DNA from: the human T2T-CHM13v2.0 reference genome, Homo sapiens
Assembly: GCF_009914755.1 (NCBI RefSeq)
Contig: NC_060927.1
Direction: 5' to 3' (one strand)
DNA length: 64,000 nucleotides
The notes below the pieces were generated by a model. That model did no database searches, was not told the origin of the DNA, and worked only from the letters and a program-made list of their open reading frames with translations. A program made the position numbers and the translations under genes. Each line of letters opens with the position of its first letter. Positions within the stretch are counted from its first letter, which is position 1. Positions 39,838-55,610 of this stretch are shown piece by piece.

Positions 39838-40129
39838 TTTTGAGACAGGGTCTTGCTCCATCACCCAGACTGGAATACAGTGGTGTGGTTATGGCTCACT
39901 ACTGCCTCGACCTCCCATGCTCAAGCATTTCTCCCACCACAGCCTCTTGAGTAGCTGGGACTACAGGTGCATACCACCATGCCCAGCTACTTTTAGTATT
40001 TTGTTTTTTTGTAGAGACAGGGCTTCACTATGTTTCCCAGGCTGGTCTCGAACTCCTGGCCTCAAGCATTCCTCCCTCCTCTGTCTCCCATTGTATTGGG
40101 ATTACAGGCGTGAGCCATTGCACCCGGCC
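39838..40129 (-). mobile_element. AluJ
   Basis: Reverse Alu consensus. Confidence 0.92.
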
Positions 40130-40456
40130 ATGAATTCTTTCTTATGTAAATAAATAAGACATTAAAACAGTTGTTAAATTTTGCCTAGTCAGAGTACGAA
40201 GAAAACAGTCTCCTTATACACTGGCACTAGCATGTACATGAGAGAACAAACTTAGGCTGTTAAAACTTTTGTGAGCAGGAGCCATGGGGGCCCCACGACG
40301 ACCGGAGAAGCTTCTTCCAAGGCCCCCAGGGTCAGCCAAGCAGCACAGATGGGGCAAACCCTATGATGTTCATCTATCTGCTAGAAGTTTTCCTTAAACC
40401 ATACTGAAAAGAGCAGCTCTCCGTTTCATTCCCACCGAGGACTTTTAAGAGGGGAC

Positions 40457-40829
40457 TGTATTGGCCTATCTTCATATTGCTATGAAGAAATACCTGAGAC
40501 TAGGTAATTTATAAAGGAAAGAGGTTTAATGGACTTACAGTTCCACATGGCTGGGGAGGCCTCACAGTCATGGCAGGAGGTGGAGGACGAAAGGCACGTC
40601 TTACACAGCGGCAGGCAAGACAGCGTGTGCAGTTTTCCATTATCACTGAAATCTGCCCTTTATAAAACCATCAGATCTCATGAGACTTATTCACTATCAC
40701 GAGAACAGCATGGGAAAAACCCGCCCCCATGATTCAATTATCTCTACCTGATCCCTCCACGACACGTGGGGATTATGGCAACTCGAATTCAAGATGAGAT
40801 TTGGGTGGGGACACAGCCAAACCATATCA
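40457..40829 (-). mobile_element. THE1 (MaLR) solo LTR
   Basis: tgtatt...gggacacagccaaaccatatca termini; 5-bp TSD GGGAC at 40452-40456 and 40830-40834. Confidence 0.92.
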
Positions 40830-42590
40830 GGGACTTCATCCCAATTGCAGATGGAATGTGGAATGGGAGTGGGAGTGGATGTCAGCATTTTAGGGAGTGA
40901 AGCTCTGACATATGACTGACTCCCCAAATGTCCACTGGGTCCCAGGTGGTGTTCGTCCCATGTGGACTTTACTACATGAACTCTCAGGCTGAAGGGAGTT
41001 TTGTTTAAAAAAAAAAATGACAGCAATGGTGCTGCCTAAGAGGCCTGTCACCTGAGGCCTGATGATGAATGCTGTGTCCTCTGCAATTCTATTTCAGCCA
41101 GCGAAGTCCCAAAGGGTGCCTTGAGAATTAAGGTGAAAGCAGCAATGTCTAAGTGTAGGATTCCAAAGTGAAGATCTGCTTGTTTCTCTGGCAGACAGCC
41201 CTGTTTTCCTTAATGCATTAACAATGCTTCTCTTATTACATTAATTATAAGTTGTTAAAATGACTCAAGGATCACGTTCTTGTTCCCCAGCACCCGGAGC
41301 TTTAATTGAGCTTTGATACACACTCACGCCATACAAAGTGACAGGCAGGCGGGCAGGGGGCACAGTGGAGGGGAGTACAAAGATGAAGACAGGAGGGTAT
41401 CCCCATGCTGGGGCTCCCAATTGATCAGGAGGATGTGTGTGTTGGACAACGTATTTAGATACTAAGATACTGAGAAGGTGGGATTTTAAAATTTAAGTTT
41501 TTCCATTATCACTGAAAAAATACCAAGTAAGCTGCTCTTTCTGGCTACCAATGGTTACCACTCATTGCGCGCATAATTTGTGTCTTACCTAATTTAATTC
41601 TTAGAGGCAACCAGTGAAGTGGGTTCTATTATTGCCCTGTCTCATGGATGAGGCAACCAAGCATCAGAGATGTTAAAAGAAGCATGTGCCGGTTCATACA
41701 GCTGGTAAGTAGATAAGCTGGGAAACAGTTTGGAGCCTATTTAAAATCCATACACCTGGCCACTAAGCCCCTTCTGATGAAGCCCTTCTGGTCTGATTGA
41801 CCCTTAGGTACAGGATGTGATTAGATCACTCTCTGTGATTAGAAGGGCCCTCCTATCCCTACTACCTCACATGCTTTGCTTCTGAGAGCTGTGATTTTAC
41901 TATTAGAGATTCATTTCTTTGGGGGGAAATCTAGATCTCTTGGTAAATTACAAGTGCCCCTTCAGATGACTAACACATTATGCCTTCATCATTTATAAAC
42001 TGCTCACTGTCATATTGTAAAGAGGGACCATGGAAAGGATGGTCCAGGAGGTTGGCATAGTTTAGACAGTGGTCCTCAGAGGAGTCCCTTGTGAAGCTTG
42101 CAGTTTGGGGGTCCTGGTACATCTGGCTGTAGGGCAGCGGAGCACGGACAGAGGAGATGGGCCTTCCTCTTCTCCACAATTTGGCTTCAGACCACCACTG
42201 ATATGTGACCTCTTCTTGGGCACCTGGCTATGATACATGTCCCTGCCTCCCTTGGAACAGGTGTGGTCGCACTGAGTTCAGGCTGGTGAACTATGAGTAG
42301 AGGTGAAATGAGTCAAGAAAGAGAAGTAGGGATCCCTAAGTAGCCACTGCATGGAAACCCCACCCCTCCCCCACCCCACCCTCATCATGAACTATGATCT
42401 GAGTGAGGAGTAGACTTGGTGCACAAAGCCTCTGAATTGTGGGGAGTGTTTATTATGGCAGTAGTTACCCTGCTGCATGGCCTATGATTTCCCCACTGTT
42501 CTGCCCCCTTGACTCGCCAGCTCTCTGCCACTGTCCTCACAAGCCATGTGGGAATAGAGAACTGTTCATTTGGAGTTGGCTACAGCAAGG

Positions 42591-43032
42591 TGTACTGGGC
42601 TCGACAGTGTCCCCTCAAAATTCATGTCCTTCCCAGAATCTCCAAATGTGATCTTCTTTGGAATCAGTGTTTTTGCAGATGTAATTAGTGAACATGAGAT
42701 TGTACTGGAGTAGGCTGGGCCCATAATCCATGGTGACTGGTGTCCTTATAAGACAGGATGGGACCCAGAGACAGAGGAAGAACATCATGTGATGATGGGG
42801 TGGGTATTGGAGCAATGCATCTACGAGCCAAGGAATGCTGATTGCCGGCAACACTACAAGCTAAGAGAAAGACAAGGGACAGATTGTCCCCTAGAGTCTT
42901 CAGAGAGACCACAATCCTGCTGACACTTTGACTTCAGACTTCTAGCCTCTAGAACTGTGAGAGAATAAAGTTCTGTTGTTTAAGCCACCAAACTTGTAAC
43001 TTCTTATGGCAGCTCTGAGAAATGAATATACA
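42591..43032 (+). mobile_element. MLT1B/C-like MaLR LTR
   Basis: tttgcagatgtaattag...gtccttataaga...agaactgtgagagaataaa...tttaagccacc. Confidence 0.85.
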
Positions 43033-43034
43033 AG

Positions 43035-43650
43035 GGAGTCAGCCACCATCGCTTGCATTTGGCAGAGACTCAAAGACTGCCAGGGGTGTCTTTATCGAGA
43101 GAATAAGGGAAGACTTCAGGTGTGCTCTGATTGGAAGTTGTAGGCACGGGGCAGCTGGGGTCATGCCCATAAGAAGTGGGGTGTTTTATGTGATTGGTTT
43201 GAGAGCATATTTGGCTTTTTCTCGTTGGTCTTTTTTTTTTTTTTTGAGATGGAGTTTTTGCTCTTGTTGCCCAGGCTGGAGTGCAATGGCATGATCTCGG
43301 CTCACCACAGCCTCCACCACCCAGATTCAAGTGATTCTCCTACCTCAGCCTCCTGAGTAGCTGGGATTACAGGCATGCACCTCCACCCCCGGCTAATTTT
43401 GTATTTTTAGTAGAGATGGGGTTTCTCCATGTTGGTCAGGCTGGGTCTCAAACTCCCAGCCTCAGGTGATCCGCCCGCCTCAGCCTCCCAAAGTGCTGGG
43501 ATTACAGGCATGAGCCACCGCGCCTGGTTCTGGTTGGTCTTGAGTTGGAAGTGGTGGCAAAAAATAGAGAACTTGGCAGTCATTGACCGAGTCCTGACTG
43601 CATAGATTGTGGTTTGGTTTCCTGAAGTGGCTGCTGCAGAGGTTCGGTTT
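43035..43650. mobile_element. ERVL-class LTR fragment (MER76-like) interrupted by an Alu
   Basis: ggcagagactcaaag...ctgattggaag...tatgtgattgg...gcatatttggc resembles recalled MER76. Confidence 0.5.
43231..43529 (-). mobile_element. AluSp-like
   Basis: ggctcacca and tttctccatgttggtcagg diagnostics; TSD TCT(C/G)GTTGGTC. Confidence 0.93.
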
Positions 43651-44989
43651 GGCTTGCCAAGGCAGTTGCTACAAAGATTATGGCTCAGGATTCTGTTGTC
43701 ATGTATGGTCTCACCGCTGCCTGTTTATATATTCCCTTTCTCTATCAAACGATTCGGGGCCAACATCCTTTGAGAAGACGTCACTTATCCCCACCAATGC
43801 CCCCAGTGCATTTCCGCATACGTCCCTTACCCCTCCTGGCTCTTCTTTACCTGCCTTTCACAATTTTATGCATTCTTCCCCTTTATCCTCCCTTTCTCCT
43901 TCCTCCTCCTCCCCTTCTTTAGAGACAGTATCCTTACTAAGTAACCATTAATCAATAAAAATGATAATAGCTAACTCTTACTGAATACTCTCAACGTGCT
44001 AGAAATGTACATTGTCCTTTTAATCATTTCAACAACCCTGTGAGTTAGATATTAGTAGCTCTGTTTTGCAGATGAGGAAAAACTAGCTCGGAGTAATTAG
44101 GCAATTTTCTAAGAAGTAGAAGAGCTAGGATTTCAATTTAGGAGTCCTTTTTTTCAAGTTCATGCTTTTTTACTCTTCACATTACCTTTTAATCATTTTC
44201 TTTATATAAAACTAATAGCCTTATTATAATTATTGTATTACTATTGTTAAATGTATTTTTCATTTCTGCAAAACCTTTTCAATGTTCTTATAACAAGAAA
44301 GAAAGGTAGCATTTTTTTCCTGATATAATGATGATTAAAATTGGAAGAGCTGCGGCAAACGGCATTTCAGAAGGAACACTATATATTTAAACAAGGGTTG
44401 TAATTTCAAAAAGCTGATATTATGTAACCTCAGAGCAGAGAGCTGATAAAAACTAACTTAATGGCAAGAATTTTATTTTGTTATTACAGATTTAAATTTT
44501 GATTGACTCAGCAAAACAGACTATTAGGCAGCATTGAAAATCGATGTGAAAAGGGTTTCTGTGTAATATGCCCACTCATGAACTCAAGTTTGACAGAAAG
44601 CAGGTGCTTCATTGGAATCTAATTATAGAGATTGGTTCAATACAACTCCAAATTGATTACCCATAATTCACATTATAAAGACTATAGAATCATGCCTATA
44701 GTCTGCCCTCCAAAGAACATAGTCATCTATTTTCAAAATCTCTCCAGTGACCTCTAGCCCCCCAATTTTTTTTTTTACTCTGCAGAATTTAAAATTACGT
44801 GTGATTGCCTTTGGCTAGAAGAATCTATTAAACACATTTGTCCATTATTACAACAAAAATTACTGCACACCTGTTACAGGCAAAGCACTGCATTAGGCAA
44901 CATGGGAGCTACAAAATAAATCATACACCAGAACTCACAGCCTTGGAGAAAAGATCAGGTATACATCTAAGTACCTAGGCAATGATTTC

Positions 44990-45450
44990 TGTTCTTTATG
45001 AGATGTCCTCAAATTATTTGATACCCTTCCTGTAGAATGGTGAGGGTCCACTTCTCCTTCCCTTGAAAGCTGGCATGTGACAGCTTTGGGAAGTAAAGTA
45101 AGGCAGAAATGATGCTATGTCAGCTCCAGGCTGCCTTTAAAAGGATTAGCAGCTTCCATTTTGGTCTATTGGAGCCTGGAGCTACCATGTACAAATGCCC
45201 ACTACCCTGAGGATACCATGCTATGTGGAAGTACATGCTAGGCATGTGGAGAAGCTCTGGAAAGAGAATGGGCAAGAGGGATGCCCAGGTCCACTCAGCT
45301 GAGGCTCCAGAAATCATGGAGCAACGATAAACCAGCCCTGTTTTGTCCTGACCTAAGTTTTGACTCAGAATTATGAAATATAAAAATGATTAGTTATAGT
45401 TTTAGGCTACTACGTGTTGGTGTAATTTGTTCTAACAGATAACCAAATGT
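44990..45450 (+). mobile_element. MLT1 (G/H-like) LTR
   Basis: cccttgaa...gcagcttcca...gtaatttgttctaacagataacc. Confidence 0.65.
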
Positions 45451-45689
45451 GCTTAGTGTCAACAAAAATGGACAGATGAGGGCCCTGAGAAATTAGAAGA
45501 AAAATGTATTTCTAGCCTTTAAGGTGGTGGGAGAAAACAGGGAAAGTTTCAAAGCAGTGGTGACATTTGAGTTGAGCGTGGAAAACTTTAGGATTTGGAA
45601 ATGCAGACAGGAAAGGATAAGGATGCTCCAGGCAAAGAAAATAATGTTGACAAAAATACAGAAGTGAGAAAGTGTCTGATGCATTTGGA

Positions 45690-46050
45690 GTGTTACTGAG
45701 CACTGGGCTCGCTGGGTGATGCACACAGAAGCCAAGACTTATGGCACTGACTTTTGAGATAAGTAAAAGCTTTATTGAGAATTGACGAGCAAGGAGACAG
45801 AAGGCAATGCTCAAATGTGTCTTCTCTGTATGGGGTGGGGGGCGGGGGGGGTGGGGTCAAGCTTTTAAAGCATTTCTAAGTAGTCCCAGGTGATGCCAAT
45901 GCAGCTGATCTGCCAGGCTGGTGGTGTTAACAATTAGTTTTCATTGCATGTGCCTGAGTGACATGACTTTCAGTTTTGGCTCTGTGCCATCTGTAACAGC
46001 TTAAGCAACGTTAATTGGTTTGAGCTGGTCACTTGGTTGCAAGTGGTTCA
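45690..46050 (-). mobile_element. ERV1-like LTR fragment with G-rich tract and MER5-like piece
   Basis: tgttactgag...aagctttattg...caaggagacag...gctcaaat. Confidence 0.45.
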
Positions 46051-46367
46051 CTTTGACAAAAGAAAATAGTTTGCAAGAGTGAATTGTGATGATATGAGTG
46101 AAAGGAAGGCTGAAAGTATCACCAAAGGCCCAAAAGCCTTGAAGGCCAGAGTGAGGAGTTACATTCAATTACGTGGATGAGGAATAGCCACCCCATATTT
46201 TGAACAAAGAAGTGATATTGTTAATCTTGTGTTTTGGAGGAAGTTAATACACTTCCACGGGAATTAAGGAAGGAAGGAGTCCAGTTATGACAGCTGAGTA
46301 GTTAGTTGGAGAGCTGGGGGCCCAAACTGTTTCCTCTTTGGGGTAGAGGCAGAGTCCTGGAGGGACT

Positions 46368-46972
46368 GGGTTGATATGCAGAATAGTGGCCCCCAGAGAT
46401 GCCCACGTCCTAGTCCCTGGAACCCATGGGCATGTAATGGCAAAAGGGACTTTGCAGATGTGATCAAGGTTAAGGCTATTGAGATTAGAAGTTTATCCTG
46501 AATTACCCAGAGGGGCCAAATTTAATCACGTGTCCTTAAAAGGGAGAAACCTTGGAAGCTGTGGTCAGAGGAAGGTAGGCCTCTGGAAGAAAAGTGGGAG
46601 AGATGCAGAATGACAAGGACTTGACCTGCCATTCCTAGCTTTGAAGATAGAAAATGGGGCTAAAAGCCAAGGAATGCAACCATCCCTAGAAGCTGGCAAG
46701 GACTCTCAGTTTACAGCCAGAAAAAAAAAAAATTTAAAACAAAACTAGGACCTCAGTTTTACAACTGTGAAGAACTGAAGTTTGCTAACAACCCAAATGA
46801 GCAAAGGATCCTCTCCCAGAACCTCCAGAAAGAATATAGCCCCACCAATACCTTATTGTAGCCCAGTGAGACCCATGTCCAACATCTGAACTCCAGAACT
46901 GTAGAATAATAAATATGTGTTGTTTAGCCACTACATCCGTGGTAATTTGTTACAGCAACAGGAAACAAGTAC
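46368..46972 (+). mobile_element. MLT1D/E-like LTR
   Basis: ggcaaaagggactttgcagatgtgat...ccagaactgtagaataataaat...ggtaatttgttacagca. Confidence 0.85.
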
Positions 46973-47352
46973 AGACCTCAATTAGCTAATGACATTCATT
47001 GGACACCACTGCACTAGAAACCAGGAGCTGACCGGCCTCTCTTGAGCTGCAGCTCCTTTTGGGCTATGGTTCTATTTTCAGGCTACATAGGAACATTGGC
47101 TTTTTGTCCCTGTGTGTTCTTGATGCAGCCAGGTGACCTTGATTAACTTACCTAAGCTCATTGAGCTTCAGTTTCATCATCTGTTCAATGAGGAGGTTGA
47201 GCAAAAACAGCTCCAAACTTTACTTTTTCTCACCATGACATGCTTGATAGAAAATGTTCCCATCTTCCACTCACTGACGGGCATAATCTAGGTTTGGGGA
47301 AATTTCCAGCACTCTAGAAATAACATTATTTCCTCTCCCCATCAAAAAATCA

Positions 47353-47844
47353 GGCCGGGTGCAGTGGCTCACACCTGTAGTCTCAGCACTTTGGGAAGCT
47401 TGGGTGGGTGGATCGCTTGAGCCCCGGAGTCCGAGCCAGCTTGGGCAACATGGGAAGACCTTGTCTCTACCAAAAACAAACAAACAAAATAGCCGGGCAT
47501 GATGACATGTGCTTATAGTCCCAGCTACTCGGGAGGCTGAGGTAGGAGGATCACTTGAGCCCAGGAGGTCAAGGATGCAGTGAACCATGAATGTGCCACT
47601 ACACTCCAGCCTGAGCAACAGAGTAAGACCCTGTCTCAAAAAAAGAAAGAAAAAAAGGAAAAAAGTATTCTCATTTGAGCTGGCTGCAGTGGCATGCACC
47701 ACAGCCCCAGCTACTCGGAAGACTGAGGTGGGAGGATCACTTGAGCCCAGGAGGTCAAGGTTGCAGTGAGCTGTGAACGTGCCACTGCACTCCAGCCTGG
47801 GCAACAGAGTGAGACCCTGTCTCAAAAAAAAAAAAAAAAAAAAA
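47353..47844 (+). mobile_element. AluJ (47353-47664) followed by an Alu right monomer (47678-47844)
   Basis: Alu consensus twice in tandem, each with an A tail. Confidence 0.9.
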
Positions 47845-48015
47845 TCACGTCAGAATATAAGTGATAAGCGATGTTTTGACAGGGATAACCTTATATTTAC
47901 TCTAATTTATTGAGCTTAGTTGCAGAATTTGGATATTTATGTATATATATCATAATATTTTACAAAAGTGGCACAGAATTACATTAATGTAATGCACAAC
48001 AAGAAATCTATCATC

Positions 48016-48345
<330 letters not shown>

Positions 48346-49421
48346 CATTGTATATCATAAGCAATGAAGTTTTACTATTAATACCACAATACTAACAGTA
48401 GATGTGAGCACTGAGCTAGACATTGGTAATACTCTTCCTAGCGCTGAAATGGAATAGTTTTAGGAATTGAAGAGTGGCCTAAATTAGTTGAGGGGGAACC
48501 ACTTGCAGCTGAAAGTGTGGAAGAAGGTGAAGGGGGAAAAAACATTTTCTAAAACCTTAAAAAAAAAAATCAGTTCCTCCCCCTGAGTCTCCACCCCTAA
48601 CCAAACTGAGCAAACCCTTAATACAGCAATAGTATTAGACTTGTAATTATTTCATTAGGAAATGACACACAAGACTTCATCCTGAATTTGTGCAGGGAGC
48701 TAGGGCCAAGGGCCTTCTAGTAATTCCTAATGAGCTTCCTATTGAATAAGAAAGAACTAAAACAGGGTAGCAAGGAAACCAATCAATATCGACAGCAGGC
48801 CTGCCTGAGCTGCAGTCTATTTAGTGGCCCTGGAGCTGTTTCATGTTGAGCATCTGTGCCAGGAATAGTTCTAAATCTTAATATTTCAATATTTTCAAGG
48901 CAGTTCAATTTGAGTTAGGTGCCCAGACACAAAGCACATGAATTTCTTGAAAAAGGGATGACACGGTGTTGGGAAAGGAGTCCTTTACATGGTGTGGCTA
49001 AGACCTGGGCCCTGGGGGTCAGACATCCCAGTGTATGAATCCCAGTTCTATCACTAACTGTGAGTATGACATTAGGCAAGTTACTTCACCTCTCTTGACC
49101 TCAGTAGCCTTTTCTGTAAAGTGAAGAGAATCGTAATGCCTTCTTCATGTACTGAGGGCTTAGACAGATGCCTGGTGGGAAGTGAGGACTCAGTGTCAGC
49201 TCTCACCATTATTAAGACCACAGTTACCTCAAGGAAAAGCCTGCCGAACGGGCTGGACTGCTTTCTTGTCATGCATTATATTAATGAAGTTCCTTGCCTG
49301 CTTTGTAAAATATATGGGCATTTATGCATAAAATTTCAAGTCCTTTATCTAAGCTGTTATGCACTTTTTGAAATCTTCCATAGTGTGGCTTTCATGGCAT
49401 TCCCTTCTTTAGATGCTAATC

Positions 49422-49806
<385 letters not shown>

Positions 49807-50605
49807 TTATACTTCTGTTCTCCTGGCCCAGTTCTCAGAGCAAGGGATGCATCAGTTACTGGAAATCTGAAATCCAGTTAGAAGACCTTCCTTCCCACTC
49901 CATAGTGACTTGCAGGAGAGAATGAGGAACACAGATAAACAAACCAGAAGAGGTGCTTTTGTTTTTGTGCAAATGACACTGTTAGTTCTGAACAGATGAC
50001 TGGACCATGAAATTATTAGAATAGCACAGCAGGTCCCTGGTAAGAGTGACTCAAAGTGGTTGCCTTGCTTTTTGTTAACACCAGTGAAATTTGAATTACA
50101 CAGATGAGAATATGCATTGGAATGGGGAGTCAAGGGTAATGGATTCTAATTCGTCTTTTACCAGAAATAGTTATGTGACCCTGAGCAAGTCACTTGCCCT
50201 TTCTGGCTTTAAATTTGTCCTCCATAAAATGAAGAAGTTGAATTAGATCAATGCATCTCATTCTGGGACATGCAAAACATGAGTGCTGTGTGACATTATT
50301 CAGGTAATTTTGCTATGTACTTACTTTAACATGCACTTAAAGAATATACGAGGTAGCTGGGCATGGTGCCTCAACGCCTGTAATCCCAGCACTTTGGGAG
50401 GCCAAGGTGAGACTCTGTCTCAACAAAAAAATAGGAAAATGTACTAAGTATATCAGCCCCATGATTTCATGGATCTTATTGCTTAAAATGAAACTCAACG
50501 TATTTAAGTTTAGAAAGAAGAAGCAAAAACAGATGAAAACATTTTGTATTAGACACTGGTCTGATCTCCTGATATATATATCCCGGCTGATGACGTTGTC
50601 TGGTG

Positions 50606-51140
50606 TGTATTAATCATGTTTTTTATTTTGCACATTTTATGGCGCTTTGATATCTGGAGGCCTTTCTATTCCAGGAAGGGACTGCTTCTCTCAAGATTAG
50701 CTAATTCCTAGAGATAGCAAACAACTGCTTTAGAGCATGCCTTTCATATGCAAACCAACCAATCCTGTGTCCATACCTCCTACCCACCTTCTTTCATTAG
50801 GCTCCTGCAGTTTGGGACACTAGCCTCCTGCCCTAAATCACACTGGGCCAGGTACAGGACAATTAGAGACCACCCCCTATAGTTTTGAGCTCACTGAAAT
50901 TATTCAAACTATTCAGTTCTAAATGTGACTACCCTGCCTTGCCCATTTCTTCCTGTAAAAACCATAATAAAGGCTCTGGCCCAAGCATTTGCTTCCCTCC
51001 TTCTCCCTCCTGATTGTCCCTGGTGCTTCTCGACCTGGCCCTGCATGACATACCCTGCCCCTCCTCTTGAGAACTGTGAATAACAAACTGTCTTTTCAAT
51101 GGCAGCCAGTCTCCTGATCTGATGGCCTCACCATAGCTGG
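50606..51140 (+). mobile_element. MER74-like ERVL LTR
   Basis: tgtattaatcatgtttt...aattcctagagatagcaaacaact...cctttcatatgcaaaccaaccaatcc. Confidence 0.75.
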
Positions 51141-51249
51141 ATTTTAAAATGGGGAAAGAATACCTTTGAGCTACTCTTATTAATTGTGAAGAACTTTTAC
51201 CTCATCACCTGGCAGGCTTGCTTTTTCTCTGTTTTAAAAATTGTCTTGT

Positions 51250-51462
51250 TATAGAAAGTAGATTAGTTGCCAGGGGCTAGGAGGAGGAGAGAATGGGGAG
51301 TGACTCCTAATGCTATGGGATTCTTTTTGGGGTGATGAATGCTGGTTGTGGAATGAGATAGTGATGATGGTTGCACAATTTTGTAAATATACTAAAAACA
51401 CTGAGCTGTACACTTTAAAAGGGTGATGTTTATGGTATGTGAGTTATATTTTAAGAAAAAAT
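51250..51462 (+). mobile_element. L1MB 3' end
   Basis: agaaagtagattagttgccagggg...gatggttgcacaa...ctgtacactttaaaagggtga. Confidence 0.8.
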
Positions 51463-51596
51463 GGTCCTCTTGACCACTTTTCCTCTCCTCTAACTCATTT
51501 GCCCTGCAAAATTCAACTTCGATGTCATCTTGTCCCCCAAAGCCTTTGCATGCAATGCCTATGGTTATAATACTTCTCCTTGCTGTGTTTTCAGGG

Positions 51597-52452
<856 letters not shown>

Positions 52453-53369
52453 TCCTTGCTATGTTTTCCTTGCTGGTTTATGAGGGGTGGGCGTTAAGAA
52501 AAAGAAACACTTTCTCGTAGACCCTTCCGTTGTTGCTTGGGAAAGTTGCCATTTAACTCCAACCCACCACCACGACCCTACCCCACCACTTCTTTGATCC
52601 AAGAAGTTCCTAGCAAATCTCAGTTTCTATTTCAGTCAAACAGAATCTCAAATGTGTGATTTTCCGGTGTGACTTTTCCCACGCTTTTTCCTGGGGCTTC
52701 TAAATCAAAAAATGAGAGAGGGAACTTGTGTTTTCCATTTGGAGGCACTGCTTTTCAAAGATTTGGGGACAGATGAGTTAGCAGTCAAGCAAGGTCCAAG
52801 TCTTATACATTCTAGTAATTCATACTGGAAAAGATGACTTTTTCTCAGGAAAAGCCTATGACTTTGGGAAGAGCTCCAATCCACAAATGCCCATCAGAAG
52901 GGCCACACTGCATTGAAGCAGTTTCAGCAGATGTTGACTCTAAAAGATTAACTGCAAGCTTTGATAGCTGGTTTTGTCAGCTTGTAATTGGCTCCTGGGA
53001 AAGGGAAAACCAAATCCTTCTATGTATCTATCCATATCTTTTCTGTGCTAATTGTTTGCTTTTTCTTGAAAGAGTACAGCAAACCCGCTCATGACAGAGC
53101 CTCCTGATTAAATGCTGATGAACCGTAATAGTGCCTCTCAGATAAGACAGGACTCTCCCTAGCTGCCTTTGCTCCCATAAAGGAAGCCACAAGCCAAAGC
53201 ACGAGCTCCTTGAAGAACGTTAGGGGAATGAAGGGAGGGTTGTTTAGTACTCGAATTGTGGGAATGGTGGGTGTAGTTTAAGGAGGTAAAGCAGTAGGCC
53301 AGAGCATTCACAACCTCTCCACCTACCACACTAGAGAGATTCTAGGGTTTCGCCAGCTGGAATGTGCAC

Positions 53370-53828
<459 letters not shown>

Positions 53829-53850
53829 TATCTTTAAAATCTAAATTGAA

Positions 53851-54204
<354 letters not shown>

Positions 54205-54829
54205 TCAGTTAAATATTAATGACAGCAATAATAATTAAAGTAACAACAATGACTGATATTTATGGAAGGCATAGTATGTACAGGGCTAGCCTAGCTTAAC
54301 TATAACTGTTACCCGCCTATGAAAGGACTACCTGTGGTCTAGAGACAGTAAATAACTTCGCTAAGTTCTCATTGTCAGTAGTAAGTGGCAGAGCAGGAAC
54401 TCAAAGACTATTTGACTCCACAAGTGCGCTCTAAATATTACTGTCTCTCATCTCCCTTTGTCTTATTTTAGGTTCAGTGAGGCTGAACTTATGAAGGGTG
54501 ATCTTTGCTTTCAAAATGGAGCATTTTTGTGTGCTACAGGACTAAGCCAGTGGTGCAAAGTTATCCATGAAGTCAGATGGTAGGTGTGGACAGACAATGC
54601 ATGATACACAGGCAAAAACTCAATGGAGAAACTCAATGACCTGCAGACTTAGTCTGCACTGATAGCAAAACGCTTTCCCCAATGATTTATTTTTCCCTTG
54701 CAAAGCAGACACTAGATTAGGAAGAGAGTGTTGTCACCATAATATGAGGCTTATCAAAAATTGGTGGAAAGGTAAGAAAACTGTATCTATTATATATTTT
54801 TAAGGCAAAATTATGTTGTCTTCCTTGAA

Positions 54830-55610
<781 letters not shown>

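Noticed and set aside
47271-47825. 184 aa ORF and similar [15 protein letters not shown]-type ORFs elsewhere
   Set aside because: Alu-derived translation artefacts
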